From: Sphagnum compactum
Taxonomy: Eukaryota
DNA: 64,000 nt
Direction of reading: 5' to 3'
NCBI GenBank assembly: GCA_965153455.1
Contig: OZ234493.1
Location: 23,736,213-23,800,212, forward strand
The notes beneath the pieces were generated by a model. The model saw only the letters and a program-made list of their open reading frames with translations. It was not told the origin of the DNA and ran no database searches. Position numbers and translations under genes: made by a program. Shown here in pieces: positions 12,302-25,060 of this stretch. Within the stretch, counting starts at the first letter, position 1; each line of letters starts with the position of its first letter.

Positions 12302-12481
12302 GGGGGGGGTTCAAAGGCTGATTAACTTCTGATTATCTACTTGCAAAATAATTATGAGATAAGCAACAAAATCAATTTGGGGGTGTTCAAAGCTTCAGCC
12401 TTGATGATCACATAATCGACAACATAATCGGACTTTAAATAATCGATTAATTGAACAACATAATCAACCTTTGAACCCCCC
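12302..12481. mobile_element. MITE, 180 bp, with ~21-bp terminal inverted repeats
   Basis: Left end GGGGGGGGTTCAAAGGCTGATTA; right end TAATCAACCTTTGAACCCCCC (reverse complement GGGGGGTTCAAAGGTTGATTA). No clean target-site duplication. Confidence 0.7.
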
Positions 12482-12632
12482 TATTAGTCCTGATGTCTGA
12501 ACTGTTCTGATGTTTTATCATCAGAACTGTCATATTCTCTTGGAAATTCAATGGTGTGCACAGAAAGAGCACACTCTGTGTTTACCAGTAAGAACAAAGG
12601 CAACTTCATACCCAGTGACATAAACATGACTA

Positions 12633-14014
12633 TCAAAGTTTAGACAAAGGATGAGATGAAAGTCTCATTGAGATGCGCCCTTGAGCAACAAACTTCCGAG
12701 AAGCGATGTCACGAAGGTCAACAGACACAGTCACAGTTTCACCTTGTTGCAGTAGTTTTGCCTCCACCTCCACTTCTCTCTGTTCAAGGTCCAAAACCAT
12801 CACAAACTTACACCCCTCAGCACACCTTTACATTAAGATTCTTCAATTGCTGGTGAAAGTGAAAAAACTAGGGTGCAACTGGGAAGCCAAAGATGCATAG
12901 TAAATCAACAAAATACACAATTGCAAGCAAGTTTACATCAGCTGGAGCTGCTGCAATGTAAGAGATGTTCATGTCCGTGGTGACCATCGATCTGCTGGGA
13001 CCAATGAGGCTTAAGCTTGCAAGAGTCCCTGACAGGTCAACCAGTGAGGCGATAACACCTCCATGCATTGTCTGATACCGGTTCTGCACACATGAATGGG
13101 CTTCAATCCTCCTTGAGAAATCTACCCTTCACAGCATGAGCAGGTGCTTGCAACCCCTAATAATATGGAACTCCTGACAATCTTACATGCATACCAAAGC
13201 GTTGCTCCCTGCTGAACACAGATTGCAGAGTCCACACAAAGCCCTACCGTCGCTTGTACTAAGATGTCTAAATCTTGTACAGATTACTAGGTAGAAAAGA
13301 ATTGGCAGACTATTACTTTGCTATGAAGCAATTCTCAAGCAAGCCCTGAAAGCAAAATGTGGCAAGACAAAAATCAAGATCACAAGTTGCAAGATCAATA
13401 CCCCTAGGATGAGACTTGCATGCATTCAGAGAAACGCTGCAATAAAAAATCCTAATCTGCAGCCTTTTCCGCCTGTTAAGCTTTTTCCAGAATCACGAAT
13501 TCAGTGTTTCTATAGACGTACTCTTTAGTGCAAATCAGTTTAATATCCTCCCTTAGATTGTACTTCCAAAAGCTTAATCCCGTGTCGAGACTCTGTGATT
13601 AATGACCGAAATCTGAGCACACCGATTCCTCGGTTGTTCCGCCATTTCCCAATCTACATTGTCGCTATTGTGGCGAATAATACGGGCACTAAAAAACAGA
13701 GCAGAATTCAGCATCACGGAAGACAGTGAGCTTAACACTCGAAACGGGAGCAGGAACCAAACTTCAAAGCAGCAGGAACGGGAGAGTCGAGAGCAATTAC
13801 TTACAGTGAGGCGGGCCGCAACAGGAACGGTGAAGACGACATGACCAGGCTGAAAGAACAGAATCTGCATGTCCTTCGCATACAACATGTCATGAAATCC
13901 GACCATCTCGAACTCCGGCTCCAAACCCCCTCGTGCGCGGGAATTCATTCCCTCAATAAATGTTTGCGGCGTTGCCTGTCCATCCTCCCTCGATGCACCA
14001 CCTTCTGACACCAT
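12633..14014 (-). CDS. Hotdog-fold (PaaI / acyl-CoA thioesterase 13-like) thioesterase, peroxisomal PTS1 (SKL), 167 aa
   Basis: Exons 14014-13805, 13083-12937 and 12779-12633, all phase 0 with GT-AG introns. Motif NRYQTMHGGVIASLVD; C-terminus VAQGRISMRLSSHPLSKL*. Confidence 0.9.
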
Positions 14015-15316
14015 CGTTGCTCCTCTGTTTCTCTCTTTCTTTCTTTTTCTCTCTTTCTCTCGCTCGAGCTTTGCAATCGTCAAAGCTCGAAAACCCTCGA
14101 CCCTGGAGACATGGGTGATCATCGAGCGTGCCCTTACACTCACGCTTCCTTACTTTGTTTGGATATAAGTCATCCATTAGTTTGGATGTAATCATTCATA
14201 TATGATGAATAGATTGAAAGTAAAGAACTAAAGTAGAAAGTAGTGAAAACCATAAGTGTGCCATGTGATTATAGTAATTATCGGTTTGTGTTATCGATCA
14301 TTTGTAGCCTTTCGATTTAGTTCGACGAGTTCATCTCATGGCCCAAATTGTTTCATCGAAAGCGTTGTGGTTGTTCCACCATCGGATGCATGCATAATTT
14401 TGCAGTCTGATGGCCTAGGTGTTTCACCCAAAGCAGAAAGCTCGACGCAAGGACATTTTCTTACTTTCGCTGAAAGAGAATCGGACGACAACGGCACCTA
14501 TTTCTTTTTGCTAGAAGCGGAATGAAGGTAGGCAAAATGTTTGTCAATGATCCTCATTCTACTCATCTCTCTATGCCGCATATGTGTCTTGTTGTGTCAT
14601 TGCACATTATTGTTGTGTGTGTTGTTTTTATGGCTATTTCTTTGCAGTTTGGAGAAGGTTTGTTGTCGTTGATGTGTTGTGAGCTTTCAAGCGCTTTGGG
14701 ACCTATTCTTCTGGCGTTGTTTCTCTGCACATTGAGGCACTAGCTATTAGTGGTTCTTGCTTGTAGATCGTCATCATCAGCACGAATTTTGTGTTGTTTT
14801 GTTGGGTGTGGTGCTTCATCGCATGAGTGCTATGGGTTCATCTTTGCGACTTTAGTGCTATAGATGTGTTTCTGCTTATGGCAATCTCCATGGCTTTTGT
14901 GCTTTCTCTACATTATAGCTACTCCTACATTGCAGATGTTCCTACATTGCACCTGCTCTTACATTGTGATTCTTCTACGGCATGGATCCTTTTTTTTTGT
15001 GTGCAAAATTTCTAAGTGGTTTTAATGTTTGTGTGTTTTGTGTTGTTTGCAGGGTTTTTGGTTTTGTGATCTTCTATGTCGAATCTACACAGATTTCATG
15101 CATTCTGCAAGGATGTGGCCTTTTGTGTTTTATTTTCATTTTGTGTGTATTGGTTTTAATTTTCTTTGTTTTTTTTTAACAAAATTGGAGTGTTGTATGT
15201 GCATTACACGTGTGTCTCTATGGTTGCAACCACGAGCAGGTTCCTATAACATATTCATTCCTTCTTTCTTCTGTTTTTTTTTCTGTTTTGTTTTGTTTTG
15301 CGCAATGTCTAGTGCC

Positions 15317-15745
15317 TCCTATTGGGTTTTTTTCTAGTTTTACATTTGATCCTATTGGGTTTTGTTCTGGTTCTACATCTCGTCCTGTTGGGTTTTGTTC
15401 TGAATCTACATCTGATGCTAGTGATTTAATGTGGTCAACTTATGGTTGTGACATATTTGTTAATTATGTTGGTAGTGGTCAATTTTTTGTTATTTCTTCT
15501 TCTATTTCTGAAAATGTCTATGAATTCCTTGAATTGCATGCTCCTATATGTAGTCCTAATGTGTTTGTTCAATATTTTGATCTCTCCATTTCTCTAGGCC
15601 TTCAACAGTATGGCATCCCTTCAAGTTCATATTCTACATATGATGTTTTTGTTCATCCTTTTACATTCAATGTTGTTTTTTGTGCATCCAATTCCATTAG
15701 GTGTCCTACCTCTATTATTGTGTCTTCTACATTAGATTGTTAGAT
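15317..15745 (-). mobile_element. Decayed ORF with three 33-bp repeats (DVEPEQNPTG-like), probably transposon-derived
   Basis: The minus frame reads as protein interrupted by TGA/TAA/TAG stops. Repeats DVDSEQNPTGR, DVEPEQNPIGS, NVKLEKNPIGG at ~15420-15317. Confidence 0.35.
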
Positions 15746-16404
15746 GACTCGTGTTTCCAATTTTGGTGATGCCATGTTTTCTAGTTTCAAAGTTGGAGAG
15801 GGGATAAAACCTAATTCTCTTATTAAGGATCTTGAAGCCCCCCCCTTAGACTTCCATTCACTAACTATGTCATTTGTTGCCACTAGTGACCTAGTATTCT
15901 AGTATCCAACCCCCACATGTAATATGATCCTTTAGCTTTTTGCTGAAAACTCATATTGTATTTTAGGTCATCATTGAAAGTTTGAGTGAATGAACATTTG
16001 CTGGCTTGTTTATACATGTATCAACCATTAGAGGAAGTGGTCCTAGTAACCATTGACCTTTCCACTCATAGGTTGGTGAAATGTGCCAATATCATTGCAG
16101 TGGATTTGGTCAATGATTTGGTGAATTGTGCCAATGCTTGAGTTTGTTGACATATGACTAATGAGTTTTGGCATGAATCCACCAACATATACAAGGTTAA
16201 AAGTCTATTATATTTCCACTAATTGACTTAATTTCCAAAAGGTGATGATCAAACAACCACCCACACCTAGTTTGCACCCATTAATCTTCCATTCTAGAGT
16301 GCACCCTTGTGCATATCCCACTGTTATTGCCCTAGATGGGTGGCAAACTAATTTTTAGATATTCACAAATTGAGTTAACATATGTGGAAGGTTGATCTTA
16401 CCTT

Positions 16405-16600
16405 CCAATACTCCAATTGAAACAATATGCTTAGTCTTTTTAACTTGGATGTTTTTGTTGGGTCATTACAATAAGGTCGACCCCTAGCTAGCCATGTTGT
16501 TTGTGCTGCAGTTGCACGATATATTTCATCAACTATCCTCCTTTGTGGTGCCATCCCTTCTTTTCGCACTCCATCAAATGAAGACGTGTTCTGACGATAA
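16405..16600 (-). mobile_element. CACTA/En-Spm transposase fragment
   Basis: SSFDGVRKEGMAPQRR...WLARGRPYCNDPTKTSKLKRLSILFQLEYWK followed by a GTAAGA donor. Resembles the F(D/N)G...P...KRxSIxFxLxYW segment of CACTA transposases. Confidence 0.55.
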
Positions 16601-17342
16601 CACTACACCAAAATGCATCCTAGTTCACTATTTTGATGGGCTAATCAAAAGTTGGACTTGTGAGGCATCCCCAACTAATTAATATGAATAATAAGTACCC
16701 CAAGTTTATAATGGGGGAACAAATTAAAATAGCATCAAGTGCACAAGTGTGGGAATGGGGTGTGATATAGCTCACCACCCCTATGAGCAAATTTGTTGAC
16801 TAATGGACAGCTGTTACATGCATGTTATCCCTCATTTTGCTGCATGAATATTGTCATACAAAATCATCCAGGGAGAACAAAATGAAATTCTTATCCAAGG
16901 CTACCTAGAGAGGAATCCTGGTCCAGGGATATAAATACATATTTAGAGGTCCTCAGGAGGGAAGGGAGTTTCTTTAGTGTTTTTTTCTCACATTTAGAAT
17001 CTGTTTGTTGCACTGCAGACTGTGCATTCACCAGACAATATATCTAATTCGGAGACAATTGTTGTACTATTCTTAGCATACACACACACACATATATGCA
17101 CACATACACGTGCATTTGAAGGACATTGTTTGTAATTAGGTACATAGATTGCAACAAATCTATCTGTTCAAACTGTTGCAAGCATCGTCTAAATTGTACA
17201 TATATGTACATACATGCGCATCATTTTCTGATTTTACTCACAAGTGCTCCTCGTATTAGCAGAGAGGGTTGTTAATGAATAGATTGCAATAGAATCGAGC
17301 ATGTTCAAAACTGTTGCCAAGGATCTTCCGATTCATTATGTA

Positions 17343-17476
17343 CATGAATATGCTCTTGTGTTTTAAAATGCAATTTTGGTAACCAAGCAGAGAGAGGTAC
17401 CTAATACAGCATGAATATGCTTTTGTGTTTTAAAATGTAATTTTGGTAACCAAGCAGAGAGAGGTACCTAATACAG
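17343..17476. repeat. 67-bp tandem duplication upstream of the ABIL gene
   Basis: CATGAATATGCT(C/T)TTGTGTTTTAAAATG(C/T)AATTTTGGTAACCAAGCAGAGAGAGGTACCTAATACAG x2. Confidence 0.9.
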
Positions 17477-17871
17477 TACAAATATGTACATACATAGAAA
17501 GGTCTACAGGATCTCCGCAGCAAAATGAATACATGTGCAGCTTGTTCTATTCTCTATGTTGGGTAGGCCAAATACTCACTTCTTTTTTTTCCTTGTGGTT
17601 GGTTGTTGGTGTTCATGGGTTTTTGTGGAAGCAAGGAGGAATTCAACAAGACCCATCCTGAATTCTCTGCAAGTATTTTTATTTTTATTTTGTCGTTGGA
17701 TTTTTTCCCTGGGTTTGCTTGTTCAAGGATCTAGGATGGAAGCCGAATTGAAAACAAAGACCCAGCTTGACATTGAGAAAAGCATTATGTACTACTTGGG
17801 CACCCATAGTTACATTTCTTTTCAGTTTGAGGCTGTGGTGATGTAAGTGTGCTGGTGAGTGAAGAAGGTAG

Positions 17872-19403
17872 ATGAGCATGATGAGCATGGCATTGAGGAA
17901 CCCACAAGCTAGATCAACATCATCTTCCCCACCACCTGGGAAAGATGAAGATGGAAAGGATTCATCTTCTTCTCTTGCTCATGATGAAGCTGGAATGGAG
18001 AATAGTTGCACTTTTCTCATGGCCTTGCAGGTAATATAATAATTGTGCTAATTTCAGTCTGCTGCACACAAGGCGTGTCAAAAGATTTATGTGTGTTTTG
18101 CAGGAGCTCAATTACATCATGAGTACCAAATTGCACTCATTAAGGGTTCCTTCTGTTGATGCTCCAAGTTTCATGAATGTGGCTGGGAAGGAAGTAAGAG
18201 AAGTGGAGTGAATTGCATAACCGTAAGAATGTGTGGATTCTTTTATCTGGAGATAGCAACTTATTTCCATTTGGTTTGGATTCATATATGTGCAGCTGAA
18301 GAATTTTTGTTCTGGGTTGTGTTCTCTACCTTACAGGAGCTCCAGAGTTTGCGGCCACGGCTTTATTCGGCAGCTGAGCATTGTGAATCTTCTTATCTGT
18401 ACAACCACCAGAAACAAGTGTAAGAATCATGTGCTGGGAAGCCCAAATTTTTTTTTCCCTCTTGTTGGTCGCTTTATGTGCATTGAAACAATAGCATAAA
18501 GACTTCAGGGCTTTTTCTGGGAGAAAACAGCAGTAGAATTTGAGTGTTTTCTTATAAAAATGGTATGGTGTTCAATCCCTTTGTACAGGGTGCTTGACCA
18601 CCTGAAGAACTATTCAATGAAGGCACTGGTGAATGTGGTTGACCATTTGAGCACAGTTGCATACAAGCTCAATGGTCTTCTTGTGCAGCAGACAACACAT
18701 GTTAGTGCAGCTGATCTCCAGACAGCAGCTCTTGCACAGGTAAATTCACGGTCTCCGTATATTTTTCAAAAAAGAAATTATGTAAGTGTAAGCATTCAAT
18801 CATGTATCAAATAACCTGTGGCAGAGCTTGTGTATTGTAGCGTTTTCGTTCCTGCCAAGAGCATTGTGACCGGGAGGGGCTGAAGCAGCAAACTATGGCC
18901 AAGACCATGCCTGTCACATCTAGGCACTATGCTCTTCCAGGTGTGAACCTTCTTCTGTTGATGATCCTTTTCTTCTTATTATTCTTATTATACCACTCTG
19001 CTCAATGCTCAATGTGATGCCCGATAGGGTTTGTTTATAGACCACATTGTTGTGAGATCCTGCATAAGCAATTCAGCAGTGCTCATAACATGTGTTCTTG
19101 GAAGAGAATTGTTGCATGTAGACATTTCTGCTAAGTCTCCATGATGTTTTTCCAGTCTCAATAATCATGCCTTACAATTTCTCCTGACCACTCCTACAAA
19201 ATAGTAAGAATTGAACAATTTCCATAGCGCTGCATGGTACTTGTGTTGCAGATCACGCAAATCCCATTGCTGACTTGGCTGGAAAACATGCTGGCCATTA
19301 CTGTACATTGTTGCGGGAATCTTTTGATTTTCAAACTAGCCAACCCCACAAACTCAGAAACTTCCACAACCACCATCACCTCGACCACAGACACCACCAG
19401 TAG
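17872..19403 (+). CDS. ABIL: ABI-1-like (ABIL) SCAR/WAVE complex subunit, possibly C-terminally truncated
   Basis: Exons 17872-18030, 18337-18419, 18589-18739, 18841-18940, 19252-19403. Hallmarks FLMALQELQSLRPRLYSAAEHCESSYLYNHQKQVVLDHLKNYSMKALVNVVDHLSTVAYKL and RFRSCQEHCDREGLKQQ...RHYALP. Confidence 0.85.
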
Positions 19404-20746
19404 GAAGCTGCTTCTGGTAATCATTCAGGAATCAGCATGTATTTTCTGTTAAGCACTTAGAAGTCAATGTAGCAGATAGACTAATTATTGCCATCATGCT
19501 TTTCTTATCAAGCAATTCTTTGTGAACTGTATTTCAGATTTGTCTTTGTTGTTTCTATGCTTTTGGTACAAGTTTGTTTGTTCTTTGGGAGCGCTCAGGC
19601 AATGTTTGACATTTCCTTTTGCCTTTTCCCACCATCAGTTAAAAGTCTGTTCAGTGGGTTTCTCTTGTTTCCAGTGATGATGCTCTGTGGTTGAACATCA
19701 TGTGGCAATAAGGATTCAATGGGTCACAATTTGCTACAGTATAATGAATGATGCACAATATTGCAAATGTATTCCAGAAATGCTTGGAAATCTAACATGC
19801 TCATAGCATCGACATATCTTTTGACAAATTTTCCCAAAGGTGTTGGCTGTAAATATGTTGCCAGTTGGGTTGGGTAACATGTGTCGGTAACGGCCTCCAC
19901 CATCTGGACTTGAGTGAAAGTCCTTAAAAAATCACTGTCAGTGGGATGGCAACCTTCTGATTGACAACTCTTGATGGGAGCCTTGCTTGGGACCAGTGTG
20001 TCAATGAAAAGAAAATGTTGCAGTCCTGTCCACATAGTCTCTATTGGTAACAAGGACTTTGGATCATGTTGCATGATCCATCATTGTCTTGGCTCCAGTG
20101 AAATTGAATGTGAGATGTCCTGGTACATTTCATTTCATCTGAGCCATGAAGAGCACTTTTCCAAGTTGGGATTTTCACCCCCCTTACTTGTATCATGGAT
20201 TGGGTTGAGAACGTGCAAAGCTCATGTTTTAGTTGAATTTGTGAACTTGAGTTGAACATCACAGACACACAATATACAATACACAATAGGAACCGTAATT
20301 ACTCTCTCTCTAATTTGGACACCCGGGGAAGTCACTCCTTTGTATGTTTATAGAAATGATCTTCAAAAGCAAACTTCTGCAACTAAAATAGTAGCTAATA
20401 GCTAAAGCTCAATTTCAGGTCTTCTCAATGAGAATTCAAATCAAGGGGATGGAGAGTTTTAATGCCTCCACTACATTCTATTCTCTCCCCTTTCATACAA
20501 TTCCCAATACTGAGAATGGTCACTAAAAGGAGTCTTTGCTAGCTCATGTGGATCATACGGATTTGCGCTTTGTCCAAATACATTGTGCGAATACATAATA
20601 GTAATGCATGTCCATTGTTTTAGCTATTTATTGTGATATCCAGCGGTTACCTTGCTGGTATCCTATGGGTATCATAGCAATTTGTTTTTTTAAAAGTAAA
20701 AAATTCATGATTTTTATTATGGGCAATTCCTTCAGGCCAAGGCATT

Positions 20747-20794
20747 CCCAAAATAACGGCCTCGAGGCCAGAACCAAGGGCTCGTTATTTTGGG
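20747..20794. repeat. Inverted repeat / hairpin (12-bp arms) enclosing a 12-bp palindrome
   Basis: CCCAAAATAACG (20747-20758) and CGTTATTTTGGG (20783-20794); GGCCTCGAGGCC at 20758-20769. Confidence 0.7.
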
Positions 20795-21239
20795 CCTTTG
20801 GGTTCAAATGCTTATTATTTCAAGAACGACCCAGCCCTAGTACATTATGCTACACAAAACTTATTCGCTCTCGATAAGTATTTCGATAAATATGTGTTAT
20901 TTGTGCTATTTGGCCATTTCAATCAAAAGTGGCTACATTTGATGGGTTAATTGGGTTTGTAGATAAAGTAGAGTATGTCCATGACATCAATATTGAGGTG
21001 CTTGAAAAAAAATTAATTATTTGTAAAAGCATTTTTTAGGTCTAATTTAAGTATTTATAAGTAGATTTTTAAAAACATGATTACAACAATTTAGCTTTTG
21101 AAGTTCACATAAACAAGAGTTTCAAAATAATGTACTCAAAAAAATATTATTATCTTTATAAAATTATTTATTTATTAGTCATTTTATTTAGAGACCTAAT
21201 ATTTTTTTGTTTACATTATTTTTTGTGTATACTTTACGA

Positions 21240-21720
21240 TGCTTTCACCTCCAAACATTTGTAATTAAAATAAAAAGATAAGGAAAAAAGGACAATTCTG
21301 ACTTGATTGGAATGACTCCCAATTATCCCATTGATTACCTTAATGGTTGATATAAATCCTTTATAAATAGTAGATAGCCATTTAATCCAAAAACTACAAA
21401 ATCCCAAGGCTTGCATACAAGTTGAAAAGAAAAAACTTAATTTATTTTATCAAATCTTTTTTCAAAGTCAAGCAACAAAAAGCTAGACTATGGACATCCT
21501 GATTCGTGGCCTCTTGAGCCAAAAAGATATTATCCACAATGTTACAACTTATCATAAAACCCATTTGATTTGGTTGGATTATTGATAGAATATGCTCTTG
21601 GAATCTTTTAGCTAGGAGTTTGGTGAAGATCTTCTATATGTTGCCTAAACATGTTATTTGGGTGCTAATTCCCAATTTGAACTTGGTCACTTGTTTTGGG
21701 GATGACAATTATAATGCCTT
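21240..21720 (-). mobile_element. LINE (L1/Tx1-like) reverse transcriptase fragment
   Basis: GIIIVIPK...IFTKLLAKRFQEHILSIIQPNQMGFMISCNIVDNIFLAQEA...LLLDFEKRFDKI...MQALGFCSFWIKWLSTIY, with frameshifts. Confidence 0.8.
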
Positions 21721-21849
21721 TGTGCAAATGGAACTCTAGAGGATTGAATGTGCATAATAGAGTTGTGATGCATAAATAGATGTTGTTATTGCTTCAAATT
21801 AATAACTATGAAAGTGAATATTACTAACTATTTGAAATTCATGCCTATC

Positions 21850-22140
21850 AATGATACCTAGTTGATTTTTAAATCCCACGAATTTTATTATGCCCAAAGG
21901 TTTTACAAGGATGTTCACATGTTGTTTTGCAATGGGAATGCGTATTAGCTTGATTTTTCTTTTATGTTTATTTCTTCATATGAAGTGGTTGCAACTTTAT
22001 ACAGTTAGTCCTAGCTTGCAAGACGTCATTTTTATGGCATTATTCACTAACTTTAAAGTGCTTTGAATATCACAAAGTTATAACAATGTTAATCCATGAT
22101 TTTCAATTTTCAATTCATGTAATAACCATTTAATCCATTT
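21850..22140 (-). mobile_element. Ty1/Copia RNase H C-terminal fragment
   Basis: WIKWLLHELKIE...LCDIQSTLKLV...IKLIRIPIAKQHVNILVKPLGIIKFVGFKNQLGI resembles the Copia CDNQSA...Q.ADI.TKPL...F..LR..LG segment. Confidence 0.65.
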
Positions 22141-24299
22141 ATTTTGTAGTGCCAAAATGATTCCCAACCATTATTTTGATGTTTTGAAAAGTCAAATCAC
22201 CTCTTATTGAAGACTATGATCTAGATTTGAAAATATGTTTTGGAGGACTACACTAAGGTGCATTCATGGGTGGGGTATCACAACAAGAACCATGACACCA
22301 TTTTGTCATGTCTCCTAAGTCTTGAAGCAAAATGAATGTTTTGAAATGTTAAACAATGAAAGGGGACATGTATGTTTAAGCTTTCAACCAATAAGTATTA
22401 TAATGAATGATTAAAATCAATTGAACAAATTTTGAATGTCATGTTCAAGTATAAACCAAAAAGGAATGCAAGAATGACATTTTTAAAATAACACTATGAT
22501 TTGGAGTGTCAAAACCCTATTAGAAACATAAAATAATTTCTTTTTATTTTTGCACCCACATCTCCTATAATTCTTTTCAAACCTTTGGAATGTAATTTTG
22601 TAATTAACAAAGTTAGTTTGATTATCCTTATTAACACAACCTTTTTTATGAAAAAAAATCCAAGATTCTAACATCAATTCCACAAAATCTAATGATTTAT
22701 TAGACTAAAAATTTATGCCATCATATAAAACATAATTTATTCTATTTTTGATTAAAATATGGAGCAATTTGAACAAATATTAAATTATTCCTATTGATTC
22801 TTTTTCGATAAAATTGTGTAGTGAGACACAGTTCCTAAGCCATCTTTCAAAACATTTAAAGACATATTTTAATCATCCAAATCATGAAAAATCACCATAA
22901 TTTTAATAAAAGAATATATGAATATCTAATGGAAAAAAAAAATCTACCAAATGCATTATTTCATAAATGTAATGATCATTCAAAGTAATGTCTTGGGACA
23001 AGACATTCCTTTTGTGTACCTCCACCATTCATCGTGAAAGCTTTTGGATTAAAATTCATATGAGGAAGTTATGAATGCACAAAATAATGAGATTCATAAC
23101 TTGACAATTTTGGCAATTCCCGCATGAGAGTTCTTAAAATGTTTTTTCATTTTAATGTAGTCTATATTGCCATCTATAGAGTATTATAAGGAGGAGAGTG
23201 GTGATTCCTCCCCAATTCAAATTGTGGTGTGCTTGTGAGTTGCTCATGATTCATTCATGCATCATTTTGATTCCAATTTGTGCTAACCACTTCTTTCTTG
23301 GCTTGTGCAAATTGACTTCACCTTGAGTTGAACTTTTTGAACAATCCCATCAAAAAGTTTCACATCCACTTTTTGCCTTAGTGCATGAAGCTTAAAAATG
23401 TGTCTAAGGCCTTCAAATATTTTGGAACACACCACGTTGGAAGATTTAACCCAATTGCTTGTGAAAAGGCTTTGGGGCACATCACCACTATTATAAACTT
23501 CCAAAACACCTTACTACCCACCAGCATGTTAGCACAACATGTGATAAAATGTAATTTCTTTTTATATGTCAAAAAAAGGTTAAGGGTTATTGCAATTTGA
23601 TGGTAAAATCATTAAATCAAGATTGTGTTCATTAATTCCATAAATAAAAATCCAAATATGACATTTAATATTCAAATCATCATCATTATTTTGACAACTA
23701 AACAAGAAAAATAATTTAGATGCAACTTATTGATTGACACATGACATTAATAGATTAGGCCAACTTTGAAGGAACAAAGAACATGTATTAAACTTTATGT
23801 GATTTGTATGAGCTGTCACAACCTTGATGTCAAACTCACAAAAAACTTATGCTACACATACCACCTTGCTTGCATGAAAATAGTTCGCAAAAATAAAATT
23901 ACACACCAAATAAAAACAAAAATCTGTTAAAAAATAGAAGAATTTGCAACTTGCAAGTGCAACTAATTTTTAGTCATAAACAACATTTATAACGAACAAA
24001 TTATTAACTCTTTTCTAAAAATTGCATAAAACATTGCTTACAAATTTGGATGAAGTCAACAGTCAACACATACACTTCATTTGTATCTAACCTATATATC
24101 CTATGCAACTAAGGTGATTCCTATGCAACCAAAATGGTTGGACTTTGCATTGTGCTATATGTATAATTAGCAATAAATGTTGATATGACAAATGGTGTAT
24201 TTATATAACATTGGTTAATTAAATAACAATATGTCCCAATATAAGGTTATCTTTGTGGACAAACGATCATTTGTCACATGTCATTCTAATTAGTTTAGG

Positions 24300-25060
24300 C
24301 TAGTAATTAAGCCTAGGTAAGTACGTAGACTTAAATACAAGTATGTAAGTAGGTAGGTAGGTAGGTAGGATCTTATTTATTTTTGATAACAAGTCTCATT
24401 GATTGGCTCATCTTTAATAACACTTGCACTTTGAATCTTTCTAATGTATACTATATGTGTAGTTTATTATTCACCTAGCTATATAATTAGTAAACTAAAA
24501 GTTGTGAACAAAGGATATATATGGGATAAACTCTAATGAAAGGGAAACACTACAACATTATCCCACATCCTTTGTTCCATATAAGAACATTATCCCTTAT
24601 TCACACAATAATACTTACTATTTAGTGACTTATTTACCCAACTTAAGTAAAATAACATATATATAATTAAAATTTAAAAAGTATGTAGCCTTGCTGGCTT
24701 ACCCTACCTAGTTATTACCTACCTACTTACACAACTTAATTAATTACCTATCTACCATATAGGTATGTAAATAGGTTATGTAGGTAATTTATATTAGTTA
24801 TTATTAATTAGGTACATAATAAGTAGGTAGGTAGGTAGGTAAACTAAACTAAGTAAGTAACCTAGGCTACTTACCTACCAATTTGGCCTATTAGCAAGGC
24901 TTAAACGTAACTAGTAGCTAGTTAGCCTACTACCTTGTTTAATTAACTTAGTTACATACTTACCTACCAAAATTACCAACCCTTAACCTATGGATTACTA
25001 AGCACCAACCTATCTACCTTACTACCTATTATTAACCCTCAACCTACTTCTATACCCATA
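24300..25060. repeat. TAGG/CCTA-rich low-complexity blocks in alternating orientation
   Basis: (TAGG)n at ~24350-24369 and ~24824-24841; ACCTAC-rich at ~24700-24760 and ~24860-25050. Similar tracts at ~55470 and ~62060-62200. Confidence 0.6.

Noticed and set aside
15210-15743. 177-aa plus-strand ORF
   Set aside because: Antisense shadow of a decayed minus-strand reading frame; T-rich low-complexity composition.
22990-23600. Degraded LTR-like dispersed repeat
   Set aside because: Only a vague resemblance from memory; no termini, partner copy or coding motif visible in this window.
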